64,000 bases of DNA from Candidatus Aenigmatarchaeota archaeon (GTDB lineage Archaea; Aenigmatarchaeota; Aenigmatarchaeia; QMZP01; QMZT01), in contig JAPLVC010000001.1 of the NCBI GenBank assembly GCA_026397315.1, forward strand, positions 149,111 through 213,110, written 5' to 3'. Of this stretch, positions 56,396 through 64,000 are shown one piece after another. The notes beneath the pieces were generated by a model. That model did no database searches, had not been told where the DNA came from, and worked only from the letters and a program-made list of their open reading frames with translations. Every line of letters begins with the position of its first letter. Within the stretch, counting starts at the first letter, position 1. The position numbers and the translations under genes are program-made.

Positions 56396-56888
56396 TGAGT
56401 ATCAGAACTGCACCAGGAAAGGCCAGACGAGCATAATGCTCATAGTCCTCGTAGTCGTAATATTCTTCGTCATAGGTATATTCCTCCTTGTCTCGTCCAT
56501 AAAGCCCGTTAACAACGAATATTACAACCTCTATGCACACAATCTGCTGCTTTCGGTTCTCAGGAGCAACACCGGATACGGAGGATACTGCGACACGTAT
56601 TCGGCAACGATTTCATGCGCCTACATGACTTCTTACAGGAAGTGCGGCGGCGTTGAATGCAGCAACCTTTCGGCGGAAATAGTACCTCAACTCATAGAGC
56701 GCCTGATAAAGCCCAGCATGGATTACTGTATGATAATCGAGCCTGAAAACGGCACCTTTGGCAGCCAGATTGTTTACGGGCCGCGGTGCGACGTGGTCAT
56801 GGGAAAGAAGTCCGTGTGGACGGCCAACGAGAAGATTCTGCAGTACGGGGCGAACCTCAACATCCGCATGACGATAGCCGAGACGTAG
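56385..56888 (+). CDS. pilin-like protein (class III signal peptide candidate)
   Basis: ...NCTRKGQ|TSIMLIVLVVVIFFVIGIFLL. Confidence 0.55.
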   Translation: MRINEYQNCTRKGQTSIMLIVLVVVIFFVIGIFLLVSSIKPVNNEYYNLYAHNLLLSVLRSNTGYGGYCDTYSATISCAYMTSYRKCGGVECSNLSAEIVPQLIERLIKPSMDYCMIIEPENGTFGSQIVYGPRCDVVMGKKSVWTANEKILQYGANLNIRMTIAET

Positions 56889-56928
56889 ACAGCAAAACTC
56901 TTAGGACAATAGCCCAATAAAAATCTTT

Positions 56929-57846
56929 TTGTCAATTTTTTATAATATTATGAAAGATGTACCCGACGGTATGGCCACGACATCCGATGTGGCAAACTAT
57001 CTTGGCATTTCCCCAACAACTGTCAGAAGATACTTGACTCCAGCAGATAAACTTGGTAATAGTAATGTGTACAAATGGAGCGACGTCAAAAAGCTAGAAA
57101 TTGAGATGGGCCACACATCGGATGCTACAGAAGCTCTTTCGCCTGAAAATATTGGAATTGATACAGGGTCTTTTGACGCAAGCGCCGTTTTATACGATGC
57201 ATTGAACCGGCTATCAAAAAACATCAGAAGAGTCACTCGGGAGAGAAACGGGCTAAAAGTCGAAGCCGCCCTTGGCCCTAATGGCAAGTACACTGGAGAT
57301 AACGTGGTAGAAGGCGTGACCCATGTCACCAGATATAGAAGAAGTGTTGAATCTGCAGAACTTTTTAAATACATCCCGTTGGAAGATTTGGTCAAAAAGA
57401 GAGTGTTCACTCCTTCTTATGACATGAAAAAACTGCGCAAAATAGGACCAAACCTTGTTTCTAGAGTTGTCATAGCAACGCTGAAAGACATTGAAAAATA
57501 TTGCAAAGAAAATGGTATAGAAATTGAAAAAATTGGCAGGAAAAAACTGGCAACCTTGACCAGCGACTTTAGAAAGAAAACAAAGACAAAAATACCGCCA
57601 GTAATACTCAAAGAAATGATAGAAGACCGTCACTATGGAAAGATCAGTGCCGGTGCTGTAAGGGACTATGCTACTGATATTCTGAAAAGTTGCATCAAAA
57701 AGACACCATACACGAGAGAACTTAAAGTAAGACTCACGGCTGAATACAGAAACTCTGTGCAAAAAATCATAGAAGAAGTTGAAAATAATGCTACGAAACA
57801 AACTGAAAGCGAGATAAACAGACTTTTCGGCATAGATGATATTTAA
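56929..57846 (+). CDS. HTH-domain protein (MerR/excisionase-like N-terminus), rest unknown
   Basis: ATTSDVANYLGISPTTVRRYL is a helix-turn-helix. The gene is AT-rich, unlike its flanks. Confidence 0.5.
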   Translation: MSIFYNIMKDVPDGMATTSDVANYLGISPTTVRRYLTPADKLGNSNVYKWSDVKKLEIEMGHTSDATEALSPENIGIDTGSFDASAVLYDALNRLSKNIRRVTRERNGLKVEAALGPNGKYTGDNVVEGVTHVTRYRRSVESAELFKYIPLEDLVKKRVFTPSYDMKKLRKIGPNLVSRVVIATLKDIEKYCKENGIEIEKIGRKKLATLTSDFRKKTKTKIPPVILKEMIEDRHYGKISAGAVRDYATDILKSCIKKTPYTRELKVRLTAEYRNSVQKIIEEVENNATKQTESEINRLFGIDDI

Positions 57847-57869
57847 AACGCGGCCCGACTATTTCTCAT

Positions 57870-59120
57870 ATGAAACCGCGCATGTCCGTATACATCGAGA
57901 CTTACGGCTGCACTGCCAGCCAGGCGCGCTCTGAAATAATGGAAGGTGCACTGGCGGCGAATCAGATGGCTATGGTCAAGCATCCTGCCAGAGCGGATGT
58001 TATTCTCCTAAACACGTGCATAGTCAAAACGCCCACGGAAAACAGGATACGTGACAGGATAAAATCATTGGTCAAGAAATATCCGCACAAAACCCTTGTC
58101 ATTGCTGGTTGCGCAACCGATGTCGGGTTTTTCAGAAACATCGCACCCAACGCGCTTTTCCTGTCCTCGCATAAGCCGGAAGAAGTGACTAAACTACTTC
58201 TGAAAAAGACTAATGAAAAAACTGGTAAAATGAGAAAGAACCCGCTGGTCGGGATAACAGAGATATCAAGCGGGTGCCTGGGAAAATGCTCGTATTGCAT
58301 CGTCAGGCTGGCCAGGGGCGAGCTAAAGTCGAAAAGCCCGGACGAAATAATCGCTGAAGTTGAGCGCGCCCTGGCGGATGGCTGCATGGAGATATGGCTC
58401 ACTAGCCAGGACAACTCATGTTACGGCTTCGATATCGAAAGCAATCTTGCCGGGTTGCTCGAGAAAATAGCGAAACTGGACGGCAAATTCAGAATCCGCG
58501 TGGGCATGATGAACCCGTCGCACGCAAAACCGATTCTCAAGCGGCTACTGAAAGCTTACGCCAGCAAAAAGGTCTACAAATTTGTCCATATTCCGGTCCA
58601 GTCGGGCTCGGATAAAATCCTGAAGTCCATGGGTAGGGGTTACAGCGCTGGCGAATTCGAGAAGCTGGTGGACGCTTTCAGGCATGCTTTCCCGCTAGTC
58701 ACGCTCTCCACAGACGTCATAGTCGGTTTCCCCGGAGAGACGGGCGGGAATTTTGAGAAGACATTGAAACTCATAGAGAGGATAAAGCCCGACATCGTCA
58801 ACGTATCTAAATTCGGCGCGCGACCAGGGACGATTGCTGCCCGCATGCGACAGCTAGACAACAGGATTATCAAGGAGCGTTCAGCAGCGATGGCGTCGCT
58901 CGTCAGGAGAATCGGCGCGGAGGCGAATAAAAAATGGCTGGGCAGGACGTGCGAGATATTCGTGACGGAGAAAGGCCGCGACAAAAAACAGTTCACCGGC
59001 AGAAACGAATCATACAAGCCCGTCATAGTCGAAGGAAAGCGACTGCTTGGAAAAGTGTTAAAAGTAAAAATTACAAAATGCGGTCAGACTTTCCTGGCCG
59101 CAAAGATCAACCAAAGCTAG
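57870..59120 (+). CDS. MiaB-like tRNA methylthiotransferase (archaeal MtaB-type): MTTase N-domain, radical SAM, TRAM
   Basis: An N-terminal Cys triad (YGCTASQ..NTCIVK..AGCA), radical SAM CLGKCSYC and a C-terminal TRAM domain. Confidence 0.85.
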   Translation: MKPRMSVYIETYGCTASQARSEIMEGALAANQMAMVKHPARADVILLNTCIVKTPTENRIRDRIKSLVKKYPHKTLVIAGCATDVGFFRNIAPNALFLSSHKPEEVTKLLLKKTNEKTGKMRKNPLVGITEISSGCLGKCSYCIVRLARGELKSKSPDEIIAEVERALADGCMEIWLTSQDNSCYGFDIESNLAGLLEKIAKLDGKFRIRVGMMNPSHAKPILKRLLKAYASKKVYKFVHIPVQSGSDKILKSMGRGYSAGEFEKLVDAFRHAFPLVTLSTDVIVGFPGETGGNFEKTLKLIERIKPDIVNVSKFGARPGTIAARMRQLDNRIIKERSAAMASLVRRIGAEANKKWLGRTCEIFVTEKGRDKKQFTGRNESYKPVIVEGKRLLGKVLKVKITKCGQTFLAAKINQS

Positions 59121-59535
59121 GCACGAAACCGCTGGCTATGCCCACGAGATACGGCACCACGAATATGCTTATGAAGTAGCCCGCTATGCCGACGATCAGC
59201 ACGTGCGTGAACTTCATTTCTCTGAAGAACAATTTTATTACCAGCACCCATATCAGCGCAGGCAGTATGATGCCAAGGAACGGTATGAACGAGATGTAAG
59301 GCATTATCAGCGCCGTGACGCCGAGCAGGTTCACCAGGTTTATTATAAGCACCACGATGAACGCGTTTACAAGCTTCACCTTCTCCTTGAACTTCATCTC
59401 CAGCATTTGCACCAGCAGGAGGAGCACTATCCCGCCTATCAGCGTGGACAGTATCAGGTTTATGGCCAGTGTTATGGGATTTGCGAAATTTATGCCTAGG
59501 CTGCCTACCAGATTCGTAAGAACGTCTGCTGCCAT
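59107..59535 (-). CDS. integral membrane protein, unknown function
   Basis: 142 aa with four TM helices. Confidence 0.5.
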   Translation of the reverse strand: MAADVLTNLVGSLGINFANPITLAINLILSTLIGGIVLLLLVQMLEMKFKEKVKLVNAFIVVLIINLVNLLGVTALIMPYISFIPFLGIILPALIWVLVIKLFFREMKFTHVLIVGIAGYFISIFVVPYLVGIASGFVPSFG

Positions 59536-59578
59536 AATAATATTTTGGCCGCGGCCTCTTTTAAAGATGTTCTGAAAA

Positions 59579-61336
59579 TTACTTGACTGTAACCGATTTG
59601 GCCAGATTTCTGGGTGTGTCTATATCGCAGCCTCTCAGGTCGCCGAGGTGGTATGCCAGAAGCTGCACTGGTATTATGTTGACCATGGGCGATGCGAGGC
59701 CTACGTCTGGCGTCTTGAGCCAGAAATCGAATACTTCGTATTTCTTCGGACCCACGCCTATTATGTATCCGCCTCGTGCCTTTATCTCCATCGCGTTGTT
59801 TACGGTGTCCTGGTCCGAGCCGTCGCCTGTGAGGACGATGCAGGGCGTGTTTTTCTCTATGAGGGCAATGGGGCCATGCTTCATTTCGCCCCCTGCGAAG
59901 CCGTGGGCATGTATGTAGCTGACTTCCATTATTTTTATCGCTGACTCCATCGCCATTGGATAATTGAGCGAGCGGCCGATTATGTATATGTTTTTTTTGC
60001 GCTGCATGGAACACGCCAGCGCCCTTATCCTTTCGTCGTATCTTGGATTTAGCATGTCGTTTATTTTTGACGCAACCTCGAGAAGCAGCCGCTTGCCCTC
60101 TTCAATCCTGCCCGCACAGGCGTACGCCAGAAGATAGAGTATGGCCAGCTGGGCAGTCGTGGCTTTCGTCGAAGCGACCGCTTTCTCAGGGCCCGCGTTT
60201 ATGTGGAACGTGAAATCCGACATGCGATGGAGAGTCGAGCCGCGCACGTTGACAAGCGATATGACCTTTGCGCCTTTTTCTCTGGCTACTCTTACTGCCT
60301 CGAGCACGTCCGCAGTCTCGCCACTCTGCGAGACCATTATGAGAAGCGTTTTCTTGGTCAGGAAATCTCTGTAACCGGGGAATTCGGAAGCGACGACGTG
60401 GTTGACGTGCTTTTTCGCTATGGAGGAAAATATGTATTCGCCAGTGTGGCAAACGTTGCCGGCGGTGCCGCATCCGATGAGGAAAACGCCGTAAGCTTTG
60501 TTTATAGCGGCCGCGACCTTTTTTATCTCGCCGTCGTTCTGGTTTATGGCGCGGATTATGGTCTCCTTCTGTTCCATTATTTCCTTTATCATGAAGTGGC
60601 GGTAATTGCCTTTTTCAGCGTGTTTCGCATCCCAGTCTATCTTTATAATGCGCTTTTCGATCCTGGTGCCAGTGCCTATGTTCCTGAATACCGGCTTCCG
60701 GTCACGCTCCAGGACTACCATTTCACCATCGTCGAGATACATGACATCTTTCGTCCTGTTCAAAAACGCAGGCACGTCCGACGCTATAAAATACTCGTCT
60801 CGACCCACACCGAGAATCAATGGCGAACCGTTCCTCGCCGCCACGATGCCGTCGAAATCGTTCTTTATAACAAGGACGGCCGACCGGCCTTTCAGTATTT
60901 TCATAGTCCTCATGACGGCCTCAGGAAGGCCAAGCTCGATGCTATCCTCTATGAGATGCGCTATTATCTCGCTGTCCGTATCGGACCTGAAAACATGGCC
61001 CTTCTTCACAAGGTCGCTTTTCAGCTTCTCGAAATTCTCTATTATGCCGTTGTGTATGACCGCTATGCGCTTGGTGCAATCGAGATGGGGATGCGCGTTC
61101 GCTTTCGTCACCTTGCCATGGGTCGCCCATCGTGTGTGCGCTATGCCGACAGAACCGGGGAGTTTCTCGAATCCGGCCTCGCTGACCTTGCCTTTGCTTT
61201 TCCTTACCCAGATTTTTTCCCCGTCAAGCGTGGCGAAGCCGTAAGAATCATAGCCTCTGTATTCCAGGCGTTTTAGCGAATCAAAAAGTATTGGAGTCGC
61301 ATTCTTCGCTCCCACATAACCTATTATGCCGCACAT
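59579..61336 (-). CDS. glmS: glutamine--fructose-6-phosphate aminotransferase
   Basis: MCGIIGY Ntn start and two SIS domains. The start was moved so Cys is residue 2. Confidence 0.9.
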   Translation of the reverse strand: MCGIIGYVGAKNATPILFDSLKRLEYRGYDSYGFATLDGEKIWVRKSKGKVSEAGFEKLPGSVGIAHTRWATHGKVTKANAHPHLDCTKRIAVIHNGIIENFEKLKSDLVKKGHVFRSDTDSEIIAHLIEDSIELGLPEAVMRTMKILKGRSAVLVIKNDFDGIVAARNGSPLILGVGRDEYFIASDVPAFLNRTKDVMYLDDGEMVVLERDRKPVFRNIGTGTRIEKRIIKIDWDAKHAEKGNYRHFMIKEIMEQKETIIRAINQNDGEIKKVAAAINKAYGVFLIGCGTAGNVCHTGEYIFSSIAKKHVNHVVASEFPGYRDFLTKKTLLIMVSQSGETADVLEAVRVAREKGAKVISLVNVRGSTLHRMSDFTFHINAGPEKAVASTKATTAQLAILYLLAYACAGRIEEGKRLLLEVASKINDMLNPRYDERIRALACSMQRKKNIYIIGRSLNYPMAMESAIKIMEVSYIHAHGFAGGEMKHGPIALIEKNTPCIVLTGDGSDQDTVNNAMEIKARGGYIIGVGPKKYEVFDFWLKTPDVGLASPMVNIIPVQLLAYHLGDLRGCDIDTPRNLAKSVTVK

Positions 61337-61486
61337 TGAAAGTGATTTCCCGCGAACCATATATATGGATTATTAAAGAAAATTTCATAGAACCAGCGAG
61401 CGACCGCAAAGTATTTAAATACTTATATTAAAATAAAAACAATAATATTATAAAAAAATTCATGGTATCATTCCAGGAGGCGCATT

Positions 61487-62413
61487 ATGAAGGAAAAACA
61501 CTATCTCATGAAGAGCGGCAACGAGGATGCTATAACGCCGGCCAGATTTTTTGAGAAGCCTGACATCCTTAGAGCGATGGCCAGCCCGCTGGGGTTTCGC
61601 ATACTCCAGATGCTCGCAACGCCGCGCTGTCCCATGGACATAGCCAGGAAGCTGGGCGAGCACGAGCAGAAAGTCTATTATCACATAAACAAGTTCAGGA
61701 AGCACGGCCTCGTGGAGGAAGTGAAGAGCGAGAAACGCAAAGGCACGCTTGCCAAGTTTTACCAGACAAGGGAAAACGCCTTTGCATTCAAGCTTGGCGA
61801 GGCGAAATGGCAGACGCTATCGTCGCTGGTTCACGAACGTAAGAGGTCGTTAGAGCCGTTCGTGTCGAATGGCAAGGCCGATTTCATAATCATCGTGGGA
61901 TCGCCTGACCCGCACGGCCCGTGGAACGAGCGCGCGCTCGATTCACCAACAGCGATAGACCTGGCGCTCTTCATCGGATCTTTCATAAGCGAGAAAGTCA
62001 CGCCAGTCTACAAGCTAGACGTGGAAACGAGGGAGAAAGACCTGAAAAACAACCTCATTCTCGTCGGAGGACCGATAGTCAACATGGTGACGAAAAGGGT
62101 GAACAAAATCCTGCCCGTCAACTTCGAGCCGAACAAGAGGGACATAATATCGAGGATATCTAAAAACGTCTACAGGGACGACCAGTTCGGCGCCATAAAC
62201 CTGATAGAGAACCCGTGGAACCGGTCGAAAAAGATTCTCGTCTTCGCCGGCAAGCGCTTCCCCGGAACGCGCGCTGCCATCCTGGCCTTCATGAACGATC
62301 ACCAGCGGCTACTGAAGGGAAACCGCTTCGATAGGACAAAAATCTCGCGCGTCGTGAGAGGGTATGACATGGACGGCGATGGCGTGATAGACAGCGCAGA
62401 AATAATGGAGTAA
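61487..62413 (+). CDS. ArsR-like winged-HTH regulator with an unknown C-terminal domain ending in an EF-hand-like loop
   Basis: ILRAMASPLGFRILQML...IARKLGEHEQKVYYHINKFRKHGLV is a winged HTH. The C-terminal DMDGDGVIDSAE fits the canonical DxDxDGxIxxxE EF-hand loop. Confidence 0.6.
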   Translation: MKEKHYLMKSGNEDAITPARFFEKPDILRAMASPLGFRILQMLATPRCPMDIARKLGEHEQKVYYHINKFRKHGLVEEVKSEKRKGTLAKFYQTRENAFAFKLGEAKWQTLSSLVHERKRSLEPFVSNGKADFIIIVGSPDPHGPWNERALDSPTAIDLALFIGSFISEKVTPVYKLDVETREKDLKNNLILVGGPIVNMVTKRVNKILPVNFEPNKRDIISRISKNVYRDDQFGAINLIENPWNRSKKILVFAGKRFPGTRAAILAFMNDHQRLLKGNRFDRTKISRVVRGYDMDGDGVIDSAEIME

Positions 62414-62422
62414 AAAGTCGTT

Positions 62423-63535
62423 TTATTTTAATTTAACAGCCCAATATGACGGATCTGACTTGGCTCCCATTTTCCTTTTCATGTCGTCTAGCCCCCTAAG
62501 CTCGGATCCTCCGAGAAGAACTTCGTCGAAATTTCTTGCCTCCAAGTCTTCAAAGATAGTGAGATAAGTTGCTGCCGGCATTGCAGTAAAACCTCTTTTC
62601 CGTTCCTTTTTGTCTGCAATTGTTTCATTAGGATTCATTCCAAGTTCATTGAATACAAACATCGTATCTCTTAGTGTAAACGGCGTATATAAAGCGACTC
62701 TCTTGTCAGAAAGTTTCTCACCAACAAACAATGAGACAGGCAGATTGTCCAAAAAACCTAAATGCGCAATTGTAGAATCCAATCTTGCTATTTTTGCATC
62801 TATAGAATTGTAGTGATCTTCGGGAACAGAGCCAACTTGCTTGCCTGCTTTTCTGAGCATATCAAAATGCTTTTCAACAATAATCTTTGCAATCTCATAA
62901 TCTTCTTCTCCTCGATATTGTCTTAGGTGATATCTCAGTCCATTTCTTTTTAAAAAGTTATCAAATCTGTTGGACGCCAGTCTTAATTTTTCATTGCTTT
63001 TGATTGCATTATCCAAATTTATCAAAGAATGTGAAAAGGTTTCATCCTCTCTAGAGGCAGATGCATGCCAAGGATTATGAGATTCATCCACAGACAGAAA
63101 GCCTTTATTTAATAGTTCATCGTATTGTTCTCTGATCAAAAAACGTGCATAAACTCCTTTGCAAGGTATTTTGCAATCACTTATTGCAGCATCAGTAAAT
63201 TCCATGATTTTCTTTGTTGCATTTCTACCTCTGGGTGAAACCACAAAAATATAGCCAGTAGAATCTTTTGGGTCCGATTCTTTCCTGTAGTATCCGATGG
63301 AAAATAAGGTTTCTCCGTCTTCAAAAACCAGCCCGAACGGATGATTTGAACTCCTACCTCTCGAGTTATTACCGTTTGAGTAGAGGGCAAAACCTATATT
63401 GCTTACGCCATAACTGCCATCTTTGTATCTGTCGATTGTTCCTTTTCGGGCTTCTTCTGCCGTAAAGGACCTGACACTGTCAAAATTTTCCAGTAAATAT
63501 TTTTCCAGGATGTCTCTATTATTTTCGCTACTCAT
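62423..63535 (-). CDS. hypothetical protein
   Basis: 370 aa, AT-rich, no recognised domain. Confidence 0.5.
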   Translation of the reverse strand: MSSENNRDILEKYLLENFDSVRSFTAEEARKGTIDRYKDGSYGVSNIGFALYSNGNNSRGRSSNHPFGLVFEDGETLFSIGYYRKESDPKDSTGYIFVVSPRGRNATKKIMEFTDAAISDCKIPCKGVYARFLIREQYDELLNKGFLSVDESHNPWHASASREDETFSHSLINLDNAIKSNEKLRLASNRFDNFLKRNGLRYHLRQYRGEEDYEIAKIIVEKHFDMLRKAGKQVGSVPEDHYNSIDAKIARLDSTIAHLGFLDNLPVSLFVGEKLSDKRVALYTPFTLRDTMFVFNELGMNPNETIADKKERKRGFTAMPAATYLTIFEDLEARNFDEVLLGGSELRGLDDMKRKMGAKSDPSYWAVKLK

Positions 63536-63622
63536 AAATAGTTAGTAATGACATATTTTATAAAATGTTGTAGTAAAAACTTTTACTAAAATATTTAAAA
63601 GGATAGGAATCCATTTTATATA

Positions 63623-64000
63623 ATGAAAGAAGTTCTCAAGGAACTTGGATTGACGAACAACGAAACCGAGGTATATCTTACGCTTTTGAGAAAGGGCTCG
63701 ATATCGGTTAACGAGATTGCCCAACGTTCTGGATTGCATCGGCAAGCGGTGTATGACGCGCTGGACAGGCTTCTCGAAAAGGGATTTGTAAGCTTCGTCA
63801 TTAAAAACGGCAAGAAATATTTCCAGGGCATAAAACCGGAGAAGATATCGGAATATCTCAAGGAAAAGGAGGAGAAGTTCAATTCCATTTTACCTGGGCT
63901 GATTGACCTTACAAAACTTCCGAGAGAAGACACGTTCGTCGAAGTGTTCAAAAGCAAAGGAATCGTCAAGACAGTTTACAGCGATATAATAAATGAATTT
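63623..64000 (+). CDS. TrmB-family HTH transcriptional regulator (3'-truncated at the window edge)
   Basis: MKEVLKELGLTNNETEVYLTLLRKGSISVNEIAQRSGLHRQAVYDALDRLLEKGFV. The frame is open to the end of the window. Confidence 0.6.
   Translation, partial: MKEVLKELGLTNNETEVYLTLLRKGSISVNEIAQRSGLHRQAVYDALDRLLEKGFVSFVIKNGKKYFQGIKPEKISEYLKEKEEKFNSILPGLIDLTKLPREDTFVEVFKSKGIVKTVYSDIINEF

Overview
This window looks like an archaeal chromosomal segment. The evidence is an archaeal-type TFB and aIF5A, split RNA polymerase subunits, an archaeal mevalonate pathway, class-V fructose-1,6-bisphosphatase and intron-containing tRNAs. Composition is mosaic: GC-rich housekeeping blocks alternate with AT-rich stretches that look like later insertions.

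Housekeeping content:
- trm1, tfb and the aIF5A gene near the start.
- A complete archaeal mevalonate operon: mvk, a UbiD-like decarboxylase, both subunits of an aconitase-X-type dehydratase, UbiX, isopentenyl phosphate kinase and type-2 IDI, with two extra unassigned genes inserted.
- An rpoH-B''-B'-A'-A'' operon followed directly by rpl6 and rpl32e.
- Three intron-containing tRNAs and a stand-alone 5S rRNA.
- tpiA, the fbp aldolase/phosphatase gene, rps27ae, rpl44e, both guaA subunits, pyrG, purF, an XPF-type nuclease gene, an archaeal-type tRNA methylthiotransferase (mtaB-like) gene and glmS.

Unusual or accessory content:
- An AT-rich gene encoding a LAGLIDADG-type homing-endonuclease-like double domain fused in frame to a complete small cytidylyltransferase domain.
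- A degenerate tRNA-Tyr-like element beside a truncated AT-rich ORF at the window start.
- tRNA-Asp with an intron at the non-canonical 59/60 position, and tRNA-Tyr with two introns.
- Two Walker-A-less KaiC-like paralogs, each heading a signalling operon.
- Two sensor proteins that lack an output domain but share a C-terminal coiled-coil motif.
- A UbiA-family prenyltransferase paired with a radical-SAM/SPASM enzyme.
- A module of an AbrB-like small protein, a KaiC-like ATPase and a V4R-like protein, with a divergent second KaiC-like ATPase.
- A 984-aa secreted cysteine-rich protein with a dockerin-like EF-hand repeat, encoded in an AT-rich island.
- A cluster of five pilin-like genes with no assembly ATPase or platform gene nearby.

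No CRISPR array or transposase was seen. All calls rest on reading the translated ORFs and the nucleotide sequence by eye; no searches were run.
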